This document shows, one piece after another, positions 39,048-50,193 of a stretch of 64,000 nucleotides of DNA. A program made the translations under genes and the position numbers. The notes under the pieces were generated by a model that was not told the DNA's origin, did no database searches, and was given only the letters and a program-made list of their open reading frames with translations. This DNA comes from Hydrolagus colliei. Lineage: Eukaryota. The DNA is taken from positions 17,484,001 to 17,548,000 of the forward strand of contig CM068749.1 of the NCBI GenBank assembly GCA_035084275.1, given 5' to 3'. Numbering within the stretch: the first letter of the stretch is position 1; every line of letters begins with the position of its first letter.

Positions 39048-39234
39048 TAGTGTACAGTGGTCTAATCAGGCTGTACCTAGAGTACTGCATACTCCCAAAT
39101 GTAGTACAGAAGAGAACAATAAGACTGATTCACTGTGTTAGATGAGTAATGAGGAACAACTAGTTAAGATAGGGCTTGTCAAATGCAAGTCTTCTTTGTC
39201 TTATTATTATTATTCATTATTATTATTTGAGTAT

Positions 39235-39405
39235 TTCTATAAACCAAGGGTATGAACAGCTGCAAGGGTTACTTGGATGGATAGGAGGGACCATCACCCT
39301 TAAAAAATGGTTTCATCATGTCAAGACAAAATGGTGCCATTGGTAATCTGGATGGATTAAATGAAATGGGCCAAACAGCCTCCTACATCTATGTCTCTCT
39401 TGTGA
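39235..39405 (+). mobile_element. Decayed CR1-type 3' end
   Basis: GGATGGATTAAATGAAATGGGCCAAACAGCCTCC...TCTTGTGAT. Confidence 0.45.
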
Positions 39406-42372
39406 TATTATAGGTTTTCATTATAGATGCATATCACTAGCTACATATCACTAGCTACACACAGTTCAAGATTAAATTCTAAAACAGAAGGTTACCAGGG
39501 AACACACTATGGTCAGTTTCCTTTATTATACATACACAGTCATTTACAGAAGAACAGGCTATGATTTAAAATAATCTGATTCCAAAAAAAATTGTTCTCT
39601 GTATTTTGATTCCATTGCAATAATTTCCTATTGTAATTTTAGGGTCTTAATTCACTTACAATGAACAATGCAAGGCTTTCAAACAAGCTCTTAGTATTTA
39701 TCATCAGTGTTTTCAAAGCTGTGTAGTTTGCAAAAAATAATAATGCTGGTATTAGTAAGAATAATCATAAAAATTTCAAAGCAATACTGTACACCCTTGC
39801 TCCTACCCATTCTCTAATCTGCCACGTTGGTCCCTTCAACTGCAGCCTAGACCATGTTTATGCCAACTGTGAATCAGCAAAGGTCCAGCAGTCTAAAGTG
39901 AAGGAAGTTTCAAACCAAACAAATGGTGTGTGAACCTTACTTGTTAATGAAGTTTTACATTTTTATGGTCAGAATGTGGACAAATTTTACGCCACACAAA
40001 ACAGCCTACAGAATTTTGCTAGAATTTTAAAATGGGTTACGTTATTTTACTTCAAATTATTAACTTTACATATGTAAAGGTAGGATTTGGGGCCCTATAT
40101 TTTAAGGCAAAGAGCATAATATGTTTTGAACCTTAGGTCTCATCTTCAGTTCCAATCCTGACAGAATTTTGGGTCTGCAGTTAGCCTATATTCACTGCTT
40201 AACTGCAGAGTGAACTGCTTTCACTCCTGTGTCTGACCTTATACCTGGGCACCTTGGGTCTATACATTAAGGCTCATGTGAATACTACAAGCAAAACCAC
40301 TGCGTTTCCTACAACAGGGATTCAGGCTGGAGTTTGCATGATGTCTCAACATCATTTAATTAGTGTCCTAAATTCATTTGCAATGCACACTGCACATTGT
40401 AGGCTGTTGTTCATGAATTAGTTTCTATGTGGCAAGAGCCGTCAAGCTATCTGTGATTTTTAATGTAACAGCGAGCCCCAGTAATGGCTCGCTGATAAGT
40501 GAATGCATCTATCTTCATTACCTGGTCATTTCTGTTTCGGTTTGCTCTACTGCTCGTAAAGGATATGTCTATGTGAACTGCACAATCAAGCCCTCATCCA
40601 AAGCAGATTCAGAACTTTCACTCATTTATTCTTGACTTCTCTTAATTAAATTTTATTAAAAATGCAATCGTTCATTATGACACATTCCTGTGAAGAGGGG
40701 CATTGCTCACAGGGAGATTTACTTCATTTCTGCTTTATGCAGGCATTATTAGCATGAAAGGGAGCAAGTCAAAACTGCCTTTTCATGTTTACTCTCCTTC
40801 ATTGAATAAACACACGGATACCAGGATAACATTTTTCAAAGCACAGTCAGACTTCGTTAACACTGATCCAGGCAGTGTATATACTCTAAAACAAAATATG
40901 TTTCTCAAATATATTGCAGTTTGGACATTTTTAAATCTAAGGAAGTATTCCCACTTCCTGTTAATGTGATAACATTTAATTCCATTGATAATCATCTCTG
41001 TCACTGTGCTCCGAACAAATAGTCATTGAATAGAACATCAAGTGGCTTCTTATAACTCACATTAAATATTGAGGTCATTTGCAATACGAGGTAATGAGAT
41101 CTGACTGCAATCCTTCCAAAGTTTCAACTTTAACAATACCACAATCTTTTTCTAAGCAAGATCATCAAGTGGCACTTTTGATCTAAACTCCACATATTTC
41201 ATGACTAAATACATAAGAAACACAATTAATGAAATTGGATGTTTGACCAGCAAGCAAACATTAGCACCAAACCATTTTTCTGTGGTATCCAGCATGGTTG
41301 CACCCAGGATGTAGAAGAGAAATGGCTTTTGAAACAGCTATGTCCTTCATAAAAGTTCTTACATATTGAATAAAGTGTGCAGGAAAAAGATTTTCATAGC
41401 TTCTTTAAAGTATAGCCCCAAGATAAACTCATTTTCAAATATGTAATTTGAGAATATTATATGGAAGCAAAAAGATATTTTGGAAACCATGCTGACAACC
41501 TGCCAAAATGTGTCAGAAGTTAAGAGGGCAATTTTATGAATGCCAACAATCAGTGTGTCAGATAGCATTAAATAAATGAAGAGATTTCAGGCATTGGTAT
41601 GTATTTCTTTACATGAATACTCTTCAGCTATAATTCTCTTTCAACATATTACTGGCTTTATGGCCCTGTAGGTCAAGCAAACTATTGAGAGGTCAAAAAC
41701 TGTGCCAAGAAGCTACAGTATCCACAGAAGGAATGTAATTATGTTTTTAAATTCCTGACAGAGAAAGAAAGTCAGACAAACCTCTTTTGACCTGTAAAAG
41801 CTCTTAGACTGAGAGGAACATGAGATCATGGGCAAATTAGAGGCGGCTTTGGTAATTCAGCACTAAGTGCAAGGTACTGGCCTAACGTCATTCTTTCTGT
41901 TTAATGTTTTATTAGCACCAAAATGCAGACAGTTAACTTAACATTTGAAATAGGGTCCCCACAATGGTTTGGAATGGGGGGAAAACAGTAAATAACAATC
42001 TGTTTACACTATCGATATTTGAAAAGATTTTGATTTTCCATTAGCCATTATGTTTCACCCCCCTCCCTTTATTCTCTAATCCATTTGAGTATGCTTTCTC
42101 ATTTGGAAAGAGAATGCCTCTTGACGGATTAGTTTTTTGTAAGATAGGACAACTATCAAATCTCAGAGCTCTATTCTTAGACAGTGCTTTTATGTAACTT
42201 TATAAAATCTTATCTGCTGCATTAAACTATGACACGTCACTGGCACCGCAGTTTCTCAGGATCAGTTTTGTAAAACTTGTGGCTTTCTGCCAAAGTCCAA
42301 TTTGCAGTTAAACTGAAAAATAAACAAGTGGAACTTAGGGAAGAGTGAAGGAGTACTCCACTTGAATCCATG

Positions 42373-42486
42373 AATAATAATAATAATAATAATAACCCTT
42401 GCATTTGATATAGCGCGTATTACATTTTATCGACGTTTCAAAGCGCTTCACAGAATTTACTATAAAATGAATTGACTGTATATTTA
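42373..42486 (-). mobile_element. SINE family A 3' part with (TTA)n (left arm)
   Basis: (AAT)n CCTTGCATTTGATATAGCGC...CAAAGCGCTTCACAGAAT...GAATTGACTGTATATTT. Confidence 0.9.
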
Positions 42487-42637
42487 TATGTATATATGAA
42501 CTCAGCAAGCCAAAACAAATGAAACCTAGAAACAGAGCAAATTTCAAAAGCTGCTGTTTCCTGTAGAGACGTCAAAAAAGAAAGAGACTAAAATGGAATT
42601 TATTGAAATTGTGTCCAAATTTCCATTTTAATCCTAA

Positions 42638-42721
42638 CACGACTGCTTTTGCCCGTGAAACACGCAGCGTATCCTGTGAAGCGCTTTGAAAAGGCGCTGT
42701 GCAAAAATGTACGATTATTAT
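42638..42721 (+). mobile_element. Deleted SINE 3' fragment (right arm)
   Basis: CACGACTG...CTGTGAAGCGCTTTGAAAAGGCGCTGTGCAAAAATGTACGATTATTAT. Confidence 0.7.
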
Positions 42722-42959
42722 GAGTACAAATTCTTAATGCAATTGTAGAATTTTGAAATTGACTATGTTTTTAACCAACCGTTTTGTGTGGTGCTTCTGT
42801 GCAATATTAAATAGAGTAGCTTGAATTTCACTTTTGTATGCGGGGAGCGATGCAACCATAGGCCATAAACAATATGCGAAAGGTGACTTTCACTGGGGTC
42901 TACCTTATTGTTGGTACCACATTAATTTCTATCTTGAGGCATAACCCAATGAGAAGTCT

Positions 42960-43160
42960 CCAAACCCCACACGAATGCTTCATCTCTTCTCAATTAGTCC
43001 TTATAAGCATCTCCTCCCAACATGGCCCAGTTTTGACGAAGGTTCATGGACCCAAAATGTTGACACACTTTCCTTTCTCCATAGATTCTGCTTGACCTGC
43101 TGTGTGTGCCCAGAAACTTCTGTTCTCTTTCAGATTTCCAGCATCGGCAGTGTTTTGCAA
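42960..43160 (+). mobile_element. Penelope-like element terminal repeat fragment
   Basis: TTGACGAAGGTTCATGGACCCAAAATGTT...TCTCCATAGATTCTGCTTGACCTGCTG...TTTCAGATTTCCAGCATCGGCAGTGTTTTGC, matching the common chondrichthyan Penelope-like end as recalled. Confidence 0.75.
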
Positions 43161-43544
43161 TTGAATGCTTTATCCTATGACTTACTCTGATCATCCAAGT
43201 TAATCTGTAGTCAAATTTGAACTGGACCAGATCTGTCCTCATTTCTAGTGGAAGGCAGAGAAGTATGTATGAAGTCTGCAACTATCTGTATATTTAACTT
43301 ATCTCTATCAAATGCTCTACTTTCCTGAAGTTAGAAGCTCCATACCTAGGGTATATAGTTTCTTTGAGATTATACCTCAACCAAGTGGTCAGTTTCATAT
43401 ACGAGTCCAGTGCGAAGGAGAGAGATGGGGAGAGAGAAATGCCAATCTTTTTCTCCCTCAATATCCAAACCGCACTTTCCAATAGAGCGCATAAAGAATC
43501 AAAATTCTCGTTGATTTTTAACTTATTCAGTTAATAATGCCAAG

Positions 43545-43670
43545 AGATATTTGAACATCACCATTGGTGATGAGATCACTTAACTCAGCAAAGAATAGGG
43601 GATTGAATAGCAGACCATTCTGGCCACATACTGGGCAGTGTCTTAGTCAATCCAGTCATTGGGGAGCTGC
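43545..43670 (-). mobile_element. Ancient SINE family B, 5' fragment
   Basis: Minus strand GCAGCTCCCCAATGACT...TTCAATCCCC...GCTGAGTTAAGTGATCTC. Confidence 0.55.
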
Positions 43671-43923
43671 AACTACAGTTTGATAAATTGATTTAATCTG
43701 AGCAAAGTCCAAATTAATTTGCTTATTAAGATGCATTTTGATCCAATTTCTATTTTCATTACCCAACCTGTTTTTTTTCCGAGAGAATTAGCAGGGAGCA
43801 AGATGCATAGTGTCACTTGTGTTAGCATTGAGGGCTACAGAGAAGCGTTTAGCTAAATGCTTGCAGCCACACTTCAAATGGTGCAAATAATTCAGCAAAA
43901 AGACTTGCTAGATCCAAAAAGAA

Positions 43924-43998
43924 TGTGTGTGTGTGTATGTATATATATATATATATATTATATATATATATTATATTGTATCTATAGAGAGAGAGAGA
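43924..43998. repeat. Compound (TG)n(TA)n(GA)n microsatellite
   Basis: Direct reading. Confidence 0.95.
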
Positions 43999-45317
43999 AG
44001 GCTGAAAGCAGATAGTAACAAATGCAAACAATTTATTGATCTTAATCCCTGGAACAATCATTCTAAATCACCCAGATTTTGCCAATTGTACTATGTGCAT
44101 TAGTGATCACTGTAAATCAGGGCTTACCTGATATGAAATCACCACAATTATCTATAGCAATGCATAAATGCACTCAGCACAAGTAATATACCTACGTCAT
44201 GTGTTCATTGCAATCTGAAATCGGAATGCCCTACAGCTAACCAGCCGAGAATTTTGATGGATTGACAGTGCCATGTGGTGTTTACCTTTAAAACTAAGAG
44301 ATGTTCCATCTGAATCTCTCTTGCATTTTACAGCAATTTCATGTCCACAGGATTACTTGATACTTATGCCTTGTGTGACAACTTCTAAAACAAATGCTTT
44401 TAAGCCACGACAGGGTAGAAATTCCATCTGGGTCTCAGTTTACTTGATTAAGGGACAATTTCAGAGTCTTTCAAATTTGTCAAATTCTTAAATACAGTAA
44501 TTGAATTTCTTATTTTAAGAACCCTACAGAAGACAGGCTTCAAAGTTGGAACTGAATTCAGCAATTTAACAAATTCTATTAAATTGAGACTTGGATGGAA
44601 TTTCTGTCCCTCTATACATAGAAAATAGCCAGTACTCAGAGCAATCAACAGTAGTGATTCCATGACGTCTGGGAGATGTTAGAAAGAACATGGTTTTCTA
44701 ACTGTTCACACTCAGACGTAAACAAGTTTAGGGTTAAGATAATCAACGATATTGTCCCAAAGACAATGGTCAAATTCTTTCATTCTAGAATTGAGTGTGT
44801 TCATTGAAGCCCCAATCTGAACTTCACTGAATAATTTGTTGGGTTCAAAGGCCTTTGTTAAGGTGTGAGCAGGCCTCTGAAATAGTTTATCTGTTGAGGC
44901 TCTAGGCTAGAGTGGGAGGTCAGATTTGAGATGTCTTTGTGTGTCAGAGAGAGAAAGAAAGAGAAGAGAGAGAGGCTTTGATTGCATGTTTTCTTGTGTC
45001 CTGCAAAGAAAGCTACTGTTTTTAAAAGCAAATCTTCTTGTCAGTAGAACCTTCCATTTTTTCTTGCATTTATTCTTTTATTTGGCTCTTTTAATGCCAA
45101 TGTATGTATATTTCTAAATGAATAAACCCGAATGAATATGTATTTAGAAATGTACAATACATACTGCCATTAAAATAATTCTCCACAGGATGGTCCTTTG
45201 CCAATAAGCTTTGTGCAGTTTGACAATATTTACGTATACAAATAATGGGAAAAACTCATTAACCATGCACATCATCGCAGGATGCTCAAATTACCAGCTC
45301 GGGGAGCATCATGATAT

Positions 45318-45380
45318 ACAATACAAAATTACATTTATATAGTGCTATTCATGTTGGGAGGACCTCCCAAGGTGCTGGGT
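45318..45380 (-). mobile_element. L2 3' tail
   Basis: TTACATTTATATAGTGCTATTCATGTTGGGAGGACCTCCCAAGGTGCTGG, close to 34255-34305. Confidence 0.75.
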
Positions 45381-45728
45381 ATATTTCAGTACATGAAGCA
45401 GACTGCTAGTAAAATGGTGCAATGCTGGGTTAATAAAATCTGACTGAATGTCCAGCTAGTAACTGAATTAAAGATTGTAAGGACAGGTACAAGTGCAGAT
45501 GATCTATTATGATGGTTTCTGAGCTACTAGAAATCTTTCTACTGACTCTCCACATGCAGGTAACTGCTACACCTCTTTGAGAAGATCAAGGAGGAAGGCA
45601 CCCTTGGAGGAACTTTCCTGGCAAGGTTTGAAATGGGGCACTTCCATTTGGTGTGGAGCTGGAAAATCGCTCTTTTACACCAGCCATGGATTGATTCCTC
45701 CCTCTCTTCTATTAGTTGCTTGCTGCAG

Positions 45729-46373
45729 GTTAGCGTTCATTGCAAAAGGTTTAGAGTACAAGAGTAGGGAAGTCTTGTTTCAACTGTATAGGGCCTTGGT
45801 GAGACCGCACCTAGAGTATTGTGTGCAGTTTTGGTCTCCTTATTTAATAAAGGACATACTTGCCTTAGAGGGGGTGCAGCGTAGATTCACTAGGTTAGTT
45901 CTTGGGATGAGGGGACTGACCTATGAGGGTAGGTTGAATAAACTAGGGCTGTATTCTCGAGAGTACAGGATTAGGGGAGATTTTATTGAAACATATAAGA
46001 TTCTTAAAGGGCTGGATAAAGTAGACAGTGAGGGGCTGTTTCCCCTGGTAGGAGAATTTATAACCAAGGGTCATCATCTTAAAATTAAGGGTCAGCCTTT
46101 TAGAACAGAGTTGAGGAAACATTTCTTCACTCAGAGGGTAGTGAATTTATGGAATTCACTATCCCAGAAGGCTGTAGATGCTCAGTCCTTGAACATTTTC
46201 AAGGCTGAGACTGATAGATGTTTTTTAAAAAAAATAGAGTGATTAGGGGATATGGGGATAGGGCAGGTAACTAGAGTTAGGTCACAAGATCAGCCATGAT
46301 CTTATCAAATGGCAGGGCAGGCTCAAGAGGCCAAATGGCCTACTCCTGCTCCTAATTCTTATATTCTTATGTT
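45729..46373 (+). mobile_element. 5'-truncated CR1 LINE (ORF2 C-terminus plus 3' UTR)
   Basis: LAFIAKGLEYKSREVLFQLYRALVRPHLEYCVQFWSP...RGDFIETYKILKG...FFTQRVVNLWNSL; 3' end GGCCAAATGGCCTACTCCTGCTCCTAATTCTTATATTCTTATG. Confidence 0.97.
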
Positions 46374-46614
46374 ATCTCGCTTCCTCTGATCTCTAGCTGT
46401 TACCTGGCATCAAAATCTTTGCCATGAAATTTGCCAGCAATTTTCAGCTCTGCAGACAAACGGCTTATCTGCCAGAAACTTAAGATGTGCATGCAACAAG
46501 GGAGTGCTTAGTTGACTCTAGTTTCCTTGTTCAGCTGTAATGCAGAGTGAAGCCTCTGATTTAGGCCAAATGTGTCTTGTTAGGTTTGATTCCAGCATAT
46601 CATACGGCTGCTAT

Positions 46615-46840
46615 AATAACAATACTAATCCTTGCAATTGATAGAGCGCCTTATCACATTGTCAAAACACCTTGAAGCATTTCACAGGATTAGGTTTGCC
46701 TACAATTTACAGTGTATCATGCAAAGCACTTTGAGGCGTTCCCCCAACGCAACAGAAGACATGTAAAATGTCAAGATTGTTATTTCTAATGTACCTTAAA
46801 GTGCCATAAAGTGTATTGACCGTGTATTTGTGGGTGAATA
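46615..46840. mobile_element. Minus-strand SINE 3' part interrupted by a plus-strand tail (about 46695-46784)
   Basis: The minus tail at 46615-46690 resumes at 46808-46838 (AAAGTGTATTGACCGTGTATTTGTGGGTGAA) after an oppositely oriented decayed tail. Confidence 0.65.
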
Positions 46841-47599
46841 ATCTGCACACTGCATCTTAATAAACTGCTTTCCTTTCAGCCAACTGTTGTCCAGCACTCC
46901 ATCTGAACTTAGTTACAAAAGAGAGGTCAGGCTCCACCCTGAGAGAGTTGGTCTGAGAGGCCCAGAGGCTGCTCATTACACTACAGCTGGAAAAACAACA
47001 AATTCTAATTCGACCAGACCTTCCCTGACCTGCAACCATGGACCTGGTGTTGGGAGAATCACTGGTAATGCTAGTTGAATATTTCGAATACCTGACCAGT
47101 TACAGAGGAAGAAATTGAAATGAGCTTCCTGATAACTTAGTAACATCTAATCTTTTGGCAGTAAATTGAAGGGAATGAATCCGCTCCCAGTAATCACCAA
47201 GGCCCAATCACTACAATTACATTTATTTACAGACTTTAATTATGTCAGTTCATAATCAGTTTCACAGCTAGAAATTGAAGCTATTTTTGTGGCAAATAAT
47301 TCAAATCTGTTTTAGGGGCCTGTAATTGCCCTTAATTTTTAAACATAATTGTCAGGCACCAGCCATTTTTTTTTACACAGATGCTGGGAAAGTACTTGTG
47401 TAACTAACTAAGTGAGCGGCAGCTCATTTAACCTAGTAGGGGGAGCATGAAAGTAAGCGTATACTTTGGTCTAGTCAACTTGAGTTGATATAGTAAAATC
47501 TGCAGCTATAGTTTATATATTCTGTGGACACAAAATAATATTACACATTACGTTAAGGACTTCTGACTTCTGCTTCCCCATGTACCATAATCACAATAA

Positions 47600-47820
47600 A
47601 ATATCATCCTTCCATTTGATATAGCACTTTCCTTATTGGGAGGACATCTCAAAGCTCTTCATGGGATGTACCGAAAGTGTGGCGATCTCTATTTTGTAGT
47701 CGATTGCGGCCGCCAATTTGTGCATAGCAACGTCTCACAACATCCATGAATTGAGTAATAACTTTAGGGGCTGGGATTGTTGGCTGGGAGGAACTCCCTT
47801 CACTTATCTGTTTTTGCCCG
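47600..47820 (-). mobile_element. DeuSINE 3' half
   Basis: CATTTGATATAGCAC...GCCGCCAATTTGTGCATAGCAACGTCTCACAAC...TTGTTGGCTGGGAGGAACTCCC. Confidence 0.8.
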
Positions 47821-48639
47821 TGTTTAATCTGCTTTAGTAACCGCAAGTAATCCTAAAACCCGTTTGACTACATTGGAATAAAAATGAATTGGCATACTCT
47901 TTTAGCAATCCCTATATCTGTTGCTATGATTGTGCCAAATTTTCAATGCAGTGTCCAACCCCGTATTTCTACGAATTTATCTCTGGATTCACTGAATTGA
48001 CATTTACTCCAAATCGGTAGTCAGCTGGGAAAGTTGAGAGCTTTCAGGTTAGGAACAGAGCAGTAAACATCCAGCACCTTCAAAATACATGCTGCCAATT
48101 ACAGGGAGGCAATAACTAATTAAAACTGCAGAACCTCAAAAAATGATAATTTGCACCTTGAACTACACCAAGAGGCCTCGGGTGCTAAAAAAAAATACAA
48201 TTCAGCTTCAGTTTATGGCAATATCATACGGTGAAGGAAGCCCATTATTTTTTATTTTTTGTCAAAAGACAGTTCTGAGTAATTTATTCCCATAATGAGC
48301 CACGGTTCGTTAATCAATTTAATTTATAATTGAATCAGATGGATGTAACTCTGTGTAAAATTGTCTCTAAAGAATCTGTTTTGCTCATCTGTTCAGCTAT
48401 GGAAAAAGATTCTGACAGGAACTGGAGGAAACAAAGGTTAGCATTTTCCTTCACTGCAAGGGGTAGTGAAAGGGCAAAAGTCAGGTAGAAATTTCAGGAA
48501 AACACAAGCCATATTCAGAAAGCCAGGAAAGAAATAGAGACGAGGGAAACCCAAAAGCCATTAGCAACATAGAAAATATCTGTCAAAAGATCTAGACATT
48601 TCTATCATATCTTTGTAAAGATTTCATAAAACATGATTC

Positions 48640-48860
48640 AAAAAGAGCGGTGCATTTCCCCCATTATCCTAGCCAACAATCGTCCAGATTAATTGATCAT
48701 TCATTGACGTGTGGCTAGTTGTGGGTGTTGCTCGTGCAAATGGCTGCCAGGTTTGCTTATAAAAATAGTCACTTCACTTGATTAGAATTATTGGTAAAGT
48801 ACGTACATTGAGATGTTTCAACACGCTAAGCAGCTGCAACATTTACTAATTCTTTCTTTA
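48640..48860 (+). mobile_element. DeuSINE 3' half, diverged
   Basis: TCCTAGCCAACA...TTGTGGGTGTTGCTCGTGCAAATGGCTGCC...TTCTTTCTTT. Confidence 0.65.
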
Positions 48861-49894
48861 TATTAGGAACGCCAGCCCAGTCTTGTAACAAATTACTATT
48901 TTGCAAATGAGATACAAGTTCGTCAAGCAGACTTCAAGTAATGTCCAAAAGGCAATATCTTTTTTTAGAGTAATAATGGTGTTTAGACATCTATTAACTT
49001 AATGTCCAGAATGTGACATTTAATTCTACAAGTTTCCAACACTCACCCAGAGGGGGATTTAATAAAGAAATTATTTTGGTGCCGTGCTTAATAAAACCTT
49101 CTCTACCGAGTGTAAAAATATAAAACAAATTCACCACAATCATCAAGCATCAAAGAGCAATAACCTCAGAAAGCATAATTAGATAAGTGGCTCAAAAAGG
49201 CAATGGGAAAACAACATCTCATTGGTTACAAACATAATGACTAGTTGTTAATTATATGCGACCAAAGCGTTTGTTTCAGATAATATTCTGAAAGTTGAGG
49301 TAGCACAGTGCAGAAAACAAATTGTATTGTCTCACAATTGTATCCCATAGAGTAAACACACACCATACTTTGGATTGATATATCGCCATCACTCACAGGC
49401 AGTGACACTAGGTTAAAGAAGGTCATGTTCAAGAATGGAACAAATATAGTGCTCTATTGTAACCAATTTTGTATTCTGTTTACCATGCAGGCTGATTACA
49501 TTTTTCAGTGTTTTTTTTAATCCTTTTCGTCTGCCCTGAGATGTTTTTTCGATAAATAATTCCTGAGGCATCAGGTTGTGGAGCATTCAAACAGTGGTCC
49601 ATTTGGACAGCAAATAACACAGCGATGTCAGTTCCGGGAATTAGCATAATTTCCTTACTCCACAATGATTATCATGACTGGATTTGTCACTTAGTGGACA
49701 TTAGAAGGTTTGATGTCAACTGAAGCAGTGAAACATATTGCTCCTGTCCAAACCTTTGATTTCTCCTCCAGAGAGTACCTTTAGAAATGTAAATACCAAC
49801 GGTGCGCGAGAGAGATAGAGCAGGGAGCCCTGCTGTTGGGTGCAAACTTGCAGTCATGCACAGAATACTTACCAGTGAGATCTCTCATAAAATC

Positions 49895-50193
49895 CCATCC
49901 TGTCCTTCAGATGAGACATTAAACCAAGGTCCCTTCTGCTTGTCCAGGTGTACATTAAGCATCCCATGGCACTGTTCCAAAAGAGAAGGGCACTTCTCTC
50001 AATGTCCTAACTGCAATCCTCCCCACATAAAATTGCCCACTCAGTACATGGGTGTTTGTAGGACATTTGCTGTGCACAAATTGACTGCCCCAGTTGCCTA
50101 CAAATATAGTCAATACACGTCTCAATAAGATTCTGTGAAGTCCTTAGAAACATCTCGACAACATGAAAATGCACTGTATCAAATGCAAGGATC
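49895..50193 (+). mobile_element. SacSINE1-like DeuSINE (family C), body and tail
   Basis: GTCCTTCAGATGAGACATTAAACCAAGGTCCC...ATCCCATGGCACTGTTCC...GCTGTGCACAAATTGACTGCC, then tail. Confidence 0.88.

Noticed and set aside
39675-39710. Minus-strand CTGATGA...GAAA spacing like a hammerhead
   Set aside because: Stem II lacks a closing pair, and no NUH or stem I can be formed.
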